IMG/VR virus record: IMGVR_UViG_3300007539_009079
Length of the DNA: 20,000 nt
Source: an uncultured virus (IMG/VR IMGVR_UViG_3300007539_009079)
Taxonomy: Duplodnaviria; Heunggongvirae; Uroviricota; Caudoviricetes
Reading direction: 5' to 3' (one strand)
The stretch's first letter is position 1; each line of letters opens with the position of its first letter. Of the stretch, positions 12,232-20,000 are shown piece after piece. Both the position numbers and the translations under genes were made by a program. The notes beneath the pieces were generated by a model, which had not been told where the DNA came from, made no database searches, and was given only the letters and a program-made list of their open reading frames with translations.

Positions 12232-14568
12232 ATGGCTTTTATGGTTAGTCCAGGTGTGTCAGTTGCAGAAATAGATTTGACTACCAGAGTTCCAATTCCT
12301 TCTACGTCAGTAGGAGCACATGCTGGTCTTTTTAAATGGGGTCCAGTAGAAGAAATTGTTTCCGTTGTCGATTCCGATGATTTGAAAATGAAATTCGGTA
12401 AATCCGATTTGAATACCTATGATTCTTTTTTAACATGTAGTTCTTTTTTATCTTATTCAAATAATTTAAAAGTTGTCAGAGCAAGTAACACAACAGTATC
12501 ATTAAATTCATCAACAAATGGTAATGGATTTTTAATCAAAAATGTTAAAGATTATGAATTAAATTATCCGAATGGTTTAGTCGGTAGTAATAGAAATTTT
12601 ATTGCGAAATATCCAGGACAATTGGGAGATTCTTTAAGAACAAGTATGTGTTTGCCTGATAGAGCAAATACCACAGCGACTGCTGAAGGTACTGTGACTC
12701 TTTCTGCAAATGTACAAATTGAATTGACAGGAACCTTTTCGGCACAACAAAATTCAAACACTTTTACCGGTTCACAATCTAGTGTTAGTTCACAACTTTG
12801 TGTAGGTGATGTTGTAGAAATTTTTAACGGTACAAAAGGTATTGTTACATCTGTAGCAAATACAACATCTTTTGATGCTGTAAGATATGATACTACTGTT
12901 TCTGGTAATCAAACAATAAATTTATTTGGAGCATCTTCTGTCGATGCAGGAAATACAGTTATAAGACACTCTAGATCTGCTTTTGAGGAAAGTTCTGATA
13001 ACATGTTTGGAACACTGGATATTCCGGCAGGATCTAAAGTTGTTACCGGATCATATACATTTTTCAGATATCAATTAAATGTCGGAGATATTTTGACATT
13101 TACTGATAGTACAAATCAAAGTGTTAGAAGAAGAGTAGATTCTATTGAAAGCGATTTGGCACTAACATTATCAGAACCTGTTGATCGTCTAGTTAGTTCT
13201 TCAACATATTCTAGAGAGTGGGAATATAGATCAAATTTTGACAATCCACCTTTAACTTCTGCCTTTGCTTTAAAGACAACTGGTAATAAAGATACATTAG
13301 ATGAAATACATGTAATTGTTGTTGACGAAGATGGAGATATAACAGGAATTCCAGATAGAAGAGGTAGAGGGACAACAAAAACCAGTGTGTCGGTTTTAGA
13401 AAGATACCCTAATTTATCAGTAGCGAAAAATGCACTATCTACAACAGATGGAACTTCAATTTATTATCCTGATGTGATAAGTAATAAATCTGCTTGGGTA
13501 TGGTTTGGAGGTCACGATAATATCGGAGATGAAAGATCCATTGATGGTGTTACATTATCTTTGGATTGGGGCACGACTTTACAAAACTCTACAACTCTAC
13601 CGTTTAATGGTTTTCATAATTCTTCAGTTACAAATTTTGCACAAGGAACCGTCTCAGAAAGTTTAGGTGGAGGAGTAGACGGCAATGATGTAATTGGATC
13701 TGGAGAAATCATGAATGCTTACAATATGTTTAGAAATCCAGAAGATGTTGATATATCATTAATTGTAACAGGTCAAATTCAGGACGAGATATCAGTGTAT
13801 ATAATTAACGAAATTTGTGAGTTTAGAAAAGATTGTGTGGCTTTTGTTTCGCCAAGATATGAAGATTTTGCTACCACTGGTCAGGAAACAGCTAATATTG
13901 TAGCAAGAAGAAAAAATTTACCAAGTTCTAGTTATGCGGTCATGGACGGCAACTACAAATATATGTTCGATAGATTTTCTGGAGTTTTCAGATATGTACC
14001 TTTAAATGGTGATATTGCTGGAATATGTGCCCAGGCTGATACAATTAATCCATATGTATCTCCTGCAGGTTTTAATAGAGGTAATGTAAAAAATGTGACA
14101 AAATTGGCATTTAATCCCAACAATGCTGATAGAGATTTGTTGTATGCTAATGGAATAAATCCTGTTATTTCATTGCCAGGAGGCGGTACTATACTATTTG
14201 GCGATAAAACATTGTTGGCAAGGCCTTCCGCATTTGATAGGATTAATGTGAGAAGATTATTCATCATTTTAGAAAAAGCAATCGCTAATGCTGCACAATT
14301 TTCATTATTTGAATTTAATGATGCTTTTACAAGAGCAAGTTTTGTTAGTTTAGTTGAGCCGTTTCTACGTGAAGTAAAATCTAGAAGGGGTATTACAGAT
14401 TATAAAGTTGTTTGTGATGCAACAAATAATCCTCCTAATGTTGTAGACAGAAATGAATTTAGGGGAGATATTTTTATAAAACCCAGTAGATCAATTAACT
14501 TTATTAATTTGAATTTTGTTGCTGTTGCAACAGGAGTAGAATTTAACGAAGTAATAAACGCAATTTAA
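12232..14568 (+). CDS. gp18: Contractile tail sheath protein, T4 gp18-like
   Basis: SPGVSVAEID, FKWGPVEE, RKDCVAFVSP, SPAGFNRG, SAFDRINVRRLF, FEFND and IKPSRSINFI; SD AGGAG. Confidence 0.98.
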   Translation: MAFMVSPGVSVAEIDLTTRVPIPSTSVGAHAGLFKWGPVEEIVSVVDSDDLKMKFGKSDLNTYDSFLTCSSFLSYSNNLKVVRASNTTVSLNSSTNGNGFLIKNVKDYELNYPNGLVGSNRNFIAKYPGQLGDSLRTSMCLPDRANTTATAEGTVTLSANVQIELTGTFSAQQNSNTFTGSQSSVSSQLCVGDVVEIFNGTKGIVTSVANTTSFDAVRYDTTVSGNQTINLFGASSVDAGNTVIRHSRSAFEESSDNMFGTLDIPAGSKVVTGSYTFFRYQLNVGDILTFTDSTNQSVRRRVDSIESDLALTLSEPVDRLVSSSTYSREWEYRSNFDNPPLTSAFALKTTGNKDTLDEIHVIVVDEDGDITGIPDRRGRGTTKTSVSVLERYPNLSVAKNALSTTDGTSIYYPDVISNKSAWVWFGGHDNIGDERSIDGVTLSLDWGTTLQNSTTLPFNGFHNSSVTNFAQGTVSESLGGGVDGNDVIGSGEIMNAYNMFRNPEDVDISLIVTGQIQDEISVYIINEICEFRKDCVAFVSPRYEDFATTGQETANIVARRKNLPSSSYAVMDGNYKYMFDRFSGVFRYVPLNGDIAGICAQADTINPYVSPAGFNRGNVKNVTKLAFNPNNADRDLLYANGINPVISLPGGGTILFGDKTLLARPSAFDRINVRRLFIILEKAIANAAQFSLFEFNDAFTRASFVSLVEPFLREVKSRRGITDYKVVCDATNNPPNVVDRNEFRGDIFIKPSRSINFINLNFVAVATGVEFNEVINAI

Positions 14569-14583
14569 TAGGAGAATTAAAAA

Positions 14584-15189
14584 ATGGCTTTCAATGTTTC
14601 TACTTTTAGAGAAAAATTGGCATGGGATGGAGCGAGACCTAATTTATTTGAAGTTATAATTCCTAAAAAAAATCAATGGTTCAATGAATCCGACGGTGAT
14701 CTTAAATTTTTATGCAAAGCTGCATCTATTCCTGGTTCTACCATAGGAACTGTTGTAGTTCCATACATGGGTAGAGAAATAAAATTAGCAGGAAATAGAA
14801 CTTTTGCTGATTGGACTATTACTGTGATAAATGATGAGAATTTTTCTTACAGATCGGAATTTGAGTTTTGGATGGAGGGTATAAATACACATACAGGAAA
14901 TTATAGAACTGGAAATGGTGGGGTTAATGATTATGTGATTGATAGTGTAACTGTTAATCAAATATCAAAGGCTGCTGATGGTGATGATGCTAATATATTG
15001 AGATCTTATCTATTTCATGGAATGTTTCCTATTGATATAAGCGAAATAACTCTTGATTGGGGAGATAATGATTCGATTGAGGAATTTACAGTTACTTTCG
15101 CATACGATTATTGGACCGCTGAAGGAGGCAATGGTCCTACAGCAACAACTAAAACCGGTCCTGCGCAACAAGATGTAGGTGGTCTTTAA
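14584..15189 (+). CDS. gp19: Tail tube protein, T4 gp19-like
   Basis: GARPNLFEV, KLAGNRTFADWTITVINDE and IEEFTVTFAYDYW; SD AGGAG at 14570-14574. Confidence 0.97.
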   Translation: MAFNVSTFREKLAWDGARPNLFEVIIPKKNQWFNESDGDLKFLCKAASIPGSTIGTVVVPYMGREIKLAGNRTFADWTITVINDENFSYRSEFEFWMEGINTHTGNYRTGNGGVNDYVIDSVTVNQISKAADGDDANILRSYLFHGMFPIDISEITLDWGDNDSIEEFTVTFAYDYWTAEGGNGPTATTKTGPAQQDVGGL

Positions 15190-15210
15190 TAATATTAATA
15201 TTATTTTTTT
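15188..15210 (+). terminator. 18-bp AT-only palindrome followed by a T-run; possible weak terminator after gp19
   Basis: AATAATATTAATATTATT (15188-15205) is self-complementary and followed by TTTTT. An all-AT stem would be weak. Confidence 0.3.
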
Positions 15211-15217
15211 CTGATTT

Positions 15218-15259
15218 TGCAAGTGAATAAATAAAACAGTAATATTTTATTCACTTGCA
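15218..15259. repeat. Perfect 14-bp inverted repeat containing a putative late promoter
   Basis: TGCAAGTGAATAAA (15218-15231), a 14-nt spacer, then TTTATTCACTTGCA (15246-15259). AATAAATA lies at 15226-15233. Confidence 0.85.
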
Positions 15260-15272
15260 TTCAGGAATAAAC

Positions 15273-16949
15273 ATGGCTATTGATATATTTGGTTTTACTA
15301 TTGGAAAAAAACAAAAAGATGAAGTAAAAGTTAAATCATTTGCTGAAGTTGAAAATGATGATGGTTCCGTGACGGTTGCATCTGGTGGTGTCTATGGTAC
15401 ATACATTGATACCGAAGGCGCTATAAAAAGTGAAACGGAATTAATCAATCGTTATAGAGATATGTCATTACAGGCAGAAGTTGAAAATGCTATAGATGAT
15501 ATCATTAATGAAGCAATTATTTCAGTAAAAGATAAACCAATAGTTGATATAAAATTAGATAATTTAAATTTATCTGATAATATTAAAGAAAAAATAAAAA
15601 TTGAATTCAAAGAGTTGACAAAACTTCTTGATTTTCAAAATTTAGGATATGATCTTTTTAGAAGATGGTATATTGATGGGAGAATTTATTATCATGTTAT
15701 TATAGATGATAAAAATCCTAAAAAAGGTATTTTTGAATTAAGATTATTAGATCCTCGCAAAATTAAAAAAATTAGAGAAAATCAAACCATAAAACTTCCA
15801 AACGGTTCTTCTCAAAAACAAATACAAGAATACTATGTTTATAATGAAAAAGGAATTTATCAGGCACAAGGTCAAACCATAGGTACAGCATTCACAAATG
15901 CGGCTTCAGGTTTAAAAATTTCTATTGATTCAATAGTATATTGTCATTCCGGGTTATTAAACTCCACAAAATCATTAGTTTTATCATTTTTACATAAAGC
16001 TATCAAACCTTTAAATATGTTAAGAATGATTGAAGATTCATTGGTCATTTATCGTATATCTAGAGCTCCCGAAAGAAGAATTTTTTATGTTGATGTCGGG
16101 AATCTTCCCAAAGTTAGAGCAGAACAGTATATGCGTGATCTAATGGCAAGATATAAGAATAAATTAGTATATGATGCAAATACAGGTGAAATTCGTGATG
16201 ATAGAAAACATATGTCCATGCTTGAGGATTATTGGATGCCTAGAATGGAAGGAGGTAGGGGAACTGAAGTTACAACATTACCAGGAGGACAAAATTTAGG
16301 TGATATTGAAGATGTGATTTATTTTCAGAAAAAATTATATAAAGCATTAGGTGTACCACTATCTAGACTGGAATCTGAAGCTTCTTATACTATAGGTAGA
16401 GCGACAGAAATTTCTAGAGATGAAGTAAAATTTACTAGGTTTATTAATAGATTACAGAATAGATTTACATTACTTTTTGATGATTTGTTGGAAAGACAAT
16501 TGAGTTTAAAAGGTGTAATGAACAGAGATGACTGGAAAAAAATAAAAAATCAAATTTATTATCATTTTGAAAGCGATAGTCATTTCACAGAAATGAAAAG
16601 AAATGAATTATTACAAGATCGTTTAAATCTTTTACGAGATTTATCTGAGTATGCTGGAAAATACTATTCAAATGAATTTATCAGAAGAAATATTTTATTG
16701 ATGAGTGATGATGATATTAGAACAAATGATGAGCAAATAGCAAAAGAATTAGATGATCCTAGATTTTCTGGTGAAGATGATATGAAAATGGGAATGGAAA
16801 CAAACTCTGTAAGTCATGAAAAAACAGATTTTTTAAATGAAGAAAAAATTGAAAAATTAATTCAAGATAAATTTGATTCGACAAAAAATGATGAAAAATT
16901 GAAAAACACAATTAATGATATTCTCTCTACTATAAATTTAGACGATTAA
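15273..16949 (+). CDS. gp20: Portal protein, T4 gp20-like (558 aa)
   Basis: FRRWYIDGRIYYH, LHKAIKPLNMLRMIEDSLVIYRISRAPERRIFYVDVGNLPK, TLPGGQNLG and ISRDEVKF. ATG 15273 with SD AGGA (15263-15266) is preferred over the TTG at 15255. Confidence 0.98.
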   Translation: MAIDIFGFTIGKKQKDEVKVKSFAEVENDDGSVTVASGGVYGTYIDTEGAIKSETELINRYRDMSLQAEVENAIDDIINEAIISVKDKPIVDIKLDNLNLSDNIKEKIKIEFKELTKLLDFQNLGYDLFRRWYIDGRIYYHVIIDDKNPKKGIFELRLLDPRKIKKIRENQTIKLPNGSSQKQIQEYYVYNEKGIYQAQGQTIGTAFTNAASGLKISIDSIVYCHSGLLNSTKSLVLSFLHKAIKPLNMLRMIEDSLVIYRISRAPERRIFYVDVGNLPKVRAEQYMRDLMARYKNKLVYDANTGEIRDDRKHMSMLEDYWMPRMEGGRGTEVTTLPGGQNLGDIEDVIYFQKKLYKALGVPLSRLESEASYTIGRATEISRDEVKFTRFINRLQNRFTLLFDDLLERQLSLKGVMNRDDWKKIKNQIYYHFESDSHFTEMKRNELLQDRLNLLRDLSEYAGKYYSNEFIRRNILLMSDDDIRTNDEQIAKELDDPRFSGEDDMKMGMETNSVSHEKTDFLNEEKIEKLIQDKFDSTKNDEKLKNTINDILSTINLDD

Positions 16950-16953
16950 TTAA

Positions 16954-19900
16954 ATGTCAAATGAAAACAATAAACAGGTAAAACTAAATGAAGTTTTAGC
17001 TGCCTCTCTAGCCTATACTCAAAAAGAATTAAAAAGAGCAAAGCAAGAGTTAATAAAAGAAATTAGAGAAATCTTAGATCCAGTAACTGGTGAAAAGATT
17101 AAGGTCCTAGAAATAAAAGGTGAACAAGGACCTAGAGGCGAGAGAGGGGAGCAGGGTTTAGAAGGTTTACCGGGACCTAAAGGAGATAAAGGAGAAAAAG
17201 GTGATCCTGGTAAAATGGGACCTCAAGGATTACAAGGTCCTGAAGGTCCGATGGGTCCTAGAGGACTTTTGGGGCCGCAAGGACCACAAGGACCTAAAGG
17301 TGAAGACGCACAAATTCAACCTTTAAGAGATGAGATTGAAACCCTTAAAAAAGTTGTTAAAGATATTGGTTCTCAAGCAGCATCAACTGCGCAGAAAGTT
17401 ATAACTGGTTGGGGCGAATATTATGGAGGTGGAGGTAGTGATCCTGAAAAAAGAGTATTCGGTAATAATTTAAATGTCACTTCTAATACAGTTCAATTGT
17501 ACTCTAATACAGAGTACAATACCAGTGAAAGTATTTTACAATTTAAATCAATAAAAACTGGTAATGGACTACTTGCCGCACAAAATACAACTTCAATTAT
17601 AATATCTTTTGATCCTGAAATATTATCAATTAGTGATGATAAAAATCTTATTGTAAATAGATCCATAACAATTGGAGATACTCAATCGTTAAAGATTGGT
17701 GTAGGTACTCAAAATGCTGTTTTAGGATTTCATAGTTCTTCTGGAAATGATTTTACAATACGAGATACTAATGGTGATAAAATATTTTCTGTTACTGAAA
17801 TTAAAGAGGTTAATGAGACTGGATTAGGTATAGAAGGCGATGTTCTTAGAGTAACCGCAAATGGAACATTGGAATTTGGAGAAGCATCTCCTCCTCTAGA
17901 AATTACCGAATCGCAAATATCCGGTAATACAGTTTCTAAAGTTGATCATATAACCATTAACACAGATGATGGATTTTACTTAGAAGAAGGTCAATCTAGT
18001 GGTTCAGTGATTTTAAGATCAAACATTCTTGATCAAATTAGTCCTTTAACATCAGGATCCTCTGGATCCGCAGGCACTTCGGGAACTTCAGGTAGAGATG
18101 CTAGTGCAGGAACTTCCGGTTCATCAGGATCGTCAGGAACGTCAGGCATTGATGGTTTATCAGGATCGTCAGGAACGTCAGGCATTGATGGTTTATCAGG
18201 ATCGTCAGGAACGTCAGGCAGTGTCGGATCATCAGGAACATCAGGATCATCAGGAACATCAGGATCATCAGGAACATCTGGTTTAACAGGTAGTTCAGGA
18301 TCATCAGGAACATCCGGTTTAGCAGGTAGTTCAGGATCTTCAGGAACATCAGGATCATCGGGCAGTGCAGGATCTTCAGGAACATCAGGATCATCGGGCA
18401 GTGCAGGATCTTCAGGAACATCAGGCAGTGCAGGATCTTCAGGAACATCAGGATCAACAGGTAGTGCAGGTACTTCTGGATCATCAGGCAGTGCAGGATC
18501 TTCTGGTACATCCGGATCAACAGGAACATCTGGGTCATCAGGATCGTCTGGTAGAGATGCCAGTGCAGGTTCTTCTGGTACATCTGGAACATCAGGTAGT
18601 TCTGGTACATCTGGAACATCAGGTAGAGATGGAAATTTTGGTGGGGCATCTTTCGAATACTCATATTCGACAAATAGTTCTCCAAGCACAGGAGAATTTA
18701 CAGTTGATGATACCGCACTTTCTTCTTTAACAAATATAACAATTAGCGATAGTGATGCAAATAATACCGATTTACATGCATTCTTAAATGTAATAGCGAA
18801 TTCTTCTAGCATAATAAAAGGTCATGTAAAAATTAGCAAAAAATTTCAAAATGAGATTTTTGTATTATTTGTTATTAATGGCGCAGATTACTTACCTACA
18901 CATACAACTCATGACATCGATGTAACAGTAGTTGAATCTTCATCAACTAATGGAAATTTACCTTTTAATTCAGGTGATGATTTAGTATTAACTTTTGCAA
19001 GAACAGGTGATAAGGGTGATGATGGTTCTTCTGGAACTTCCGGAACTTCAGGTTCTTCAGGAAGTTCAGGAAGTTCGGGTTCTTCCGGAACATCTGGAAG
19101 CTCAGGAAGTTATGGAACTTCTGGTTCTTCAGGTTCTTCAGGTTCTTCAGGTAGTGCCGGATCAGCAGGTAGTGCTGGTTCCTCTGGTAGTGCTGGTTCC
19201 TCTGGTAGTGCTGGTAGTGCAGGTTCTGCGGGATCATCTGGTAGTACAGGAAGTTCTGGGTCATCTGGTACTTCTGGTTCAACGGGAACTTCTGGATCTG
19301 CAGGAACATCTGGAGTAGATGGTGATCGTTATTCTAGTTCATCTTCTACTAGTATTACCATTCCATCATCATTGGGCGGTTATAAGACAATTACCATTGG
19401 TACAGGTTTAGCTTATACTCAAGGACAAGAATTATTAATAGTCCATGATAATTCGAATAAAATTATAGGTGAAGTTGTATCATATGTTGGTTCATTCGGT
19501 GTTCTAAATTATAAAGTTTTAAATTATAAAGGCTCTGGAACATATTCGGATTGGTCGATAAATTTAAATGGAAATCAAGGACCTTCTGGTTCTTCGGGAA
19601 GTGTAGGTTCTTCTGGAACATCCGGTTCTTCTGGATCATCAGGTAGAGATGCTAGTGCAGGATCCTCTGGATCATCTGGTTCTTCAGGAAGTGCAGGTAG
19701 TGCTGGATCATCTGGTTCTTCAGGAAGTGCAGGTAGTGCTGGATCATCTGGTTCTTCAGGAAGTGCAGGTAGTGCTGGATCATCTGGTTCTTCAGGATCA
19801 TCTGGATCTTCAGGAAGTGCAGGTAGTGCTGGATCATCTGGAAGTGCCGGATCATCTGGAAGTGCAGGTAGTGCTGGATCATCTGGAAGTTCTGGTAGTG

Positions 19901-20000
19901 CGGGTTCCGCAGGTAGTGCAGGTAGTTCTGGATCATCTGGAAGTGCCGGATCATCTGGAAGTGCAGGTAGTGCTGGATCATCTGGAAGTTCTGGTAGTGC
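16954..20000 (+). CDS. Large collagen-like / Gly-Ser-rich repeat fibre protein, 3'-truncated (>1015 aa)
   Basis: ATG 4 nt after the portal stop. Manual translation ([18 protein letters not shown]...) shows no stop before the window end, which would explain its absence from the ORF track. One GPx-type block and three GSS/GTS/GSA blocks are separated by non-repetitive segments. Confidence 0.9.
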   Translation, partial: MSNENNKQVKLNEVLAASLAYTQKELKRAKQELIKEIREILDPVTGEKIKVLEIKGEQGPRGERGEQGLEGLPGPKGDKGEKGDPGKMGPQGLQGPEGPMGPRGLLGPQGPQGPKGEDAQIQPLRDEIETLKKVVKDIGSQAASTAQKVITGWGEYYGGGGSDPEKRVFGNNLNVTSNTVQLYSNTEYNTSESILQFKSIKTGNGLLAAQNTTSIIISFDPEILSISDDKNLIVNRSITIGDTQSLKIGVGTQNAVLGFHSSSGNDFTIRDTNGDKIFSVTEIKEVNETGLGIEGDVLRVTANGTLEFGEASPPLEITESQISGNTVSKVDHITINTDDGFYLEEGQSSGSVILRSNILDQISPLTSGSSGSAGTSGTSGRDASAGTSGSSGSSGTSGIDGLSGSSGTSGIDGLSGSSGTSGSVGSSGTSGSSGTSGSSGTSGLTGSSGSSGTSGLAGSSGSSGTSGSSGSAGSSGTSGSSGSAGSSGTSGSAGSSGTSGSTGSAGTSGSSGSAGSSGTSGSTGTSGSSGSSGRDASAGSSGTSGTSGSSGTSGTSGRDGNFGGASFEYSYSTNSSPSTGEFTVDDTALSSLTNITISDSDANNTDLHAFLNVIANSSSIIKGHVKISKKFQNEIFVLFVINGADYLPTHTTHDIDVTVVESSSTNGNLPFNSGDDLVLTFARTGDKGDDGSSGTSGTSGSSGSSGSSGSSGTSGSSGSYGTSGSSGSSGSSGSAGSAGSAGSSGSAGSSGSAGSAGSAGSSGSTGSSGSSGTSGSTGTSGSAGTSGVDGDRYSSSSSTSITIPSSLGGYKTITIGTGLAYTQGQELLIVHDNSNKIIGEVVSYVGSFGVLNYKVLNYKGSGTYSDWSINLNGNQGPSGSSGSVGSSGTSGSSGSSGRDASAGSSGSSGSSGSAGSAGSSGSSGSAGSAGSSGSSGSAGSAGSSGSSGSSGSSGSAGSAGSSGSAGSSGSAGSAGSSGSSGSAGSAGSAGSSGSSGSAGSSGSAGSAGSSGSSGS
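17119..17307 (+). repeat. Collagen triple-helix repeat, 21 uninterrupted Gly-X-Y triplets
   Basis: [63 protein letters not shown]. Confidence 0.95.
18055..18648 (+). repeat. Gly-Ser/Thr-Ser block 1 (66 triplets, two ASA interruptions)
   Basis: 9-bp periodicity encoding GSS/GTS/GSA; exact 36-bp duplication at 18127-18198. Confidence 0.9.
19006..19329 (+). repeat. Gly-Ser/Thr-Ser block 2 (36 triplets)
   Basis: Runs from [12 protein letters not shown] to GVD GDR in unbroken register. Confidence 0.9.
19570..20000 (+). repeat. Gly-Ser-Ser/Ala block 3 (truncated by window end)
   Basis: Three exact 36-bp tandem copies at 19669-19776; 19831-19901 is repeated at 19930-20000. Confidence 0.9.

Noticed and set aside
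14880..14887. TATAAATA inside gp19
   Set aside because: It falls within coding sequence (Gly-Ile-Asn-Thr) and cannot be distinguished from chance. A closer candidate for gp20 exists at 15226.
18127..19797. 36-bp direct repeats resembling a CRISPR array
   Set aside because: Head-to-tail with no spacers, in-frame coding, and no cas genes.
18033..19981. Track ORFs 18033-18812(-), 18098-18286(+), 18101-18685(-), 18365-18730(+), 18965-19309(-), 18995-19318(+) and 19652-19981(-)
   Set aside because: Off-frame and antisense shadows of the 9-bp-periodic Gly-Ser repeats in the real ORF starting at 16954.

Overview
AT-rich segment of a T4-like myovirus genome covering the neck, packaging, tail and portal genes in T4 order. 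It carries a 5'-truncated fibre gene, gp13 and gp14 (neck), gp15, gp16 and gp17 (terminase), gp18 (sheath), gp19 (tube) and gp20 (portal). A >1000-aa Gly-X-Y repeat ORF (16954 to window end) is missing from the ORF track. Departures from the T4 template: (1) gp14 is enlarged by a symmetric 4 repeats + LamG-like + 4 repeats insert; (2) two antisense genes share one layout, with a TTAA shared-stop overlap and a perfect TATAAATA 5-7 nt from the ATG; (3) one of these is an HNH-fold protein lacking both expected catalytic residues; (4) a 500-aa putative nuclease lies between gp16 and gp17, and a lipoprotein between gp15 and gp16; (5) a 14-bp inverted repeat contains the putative portal promoter. 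All calls come from motif recognition and synteny. No searches were run.
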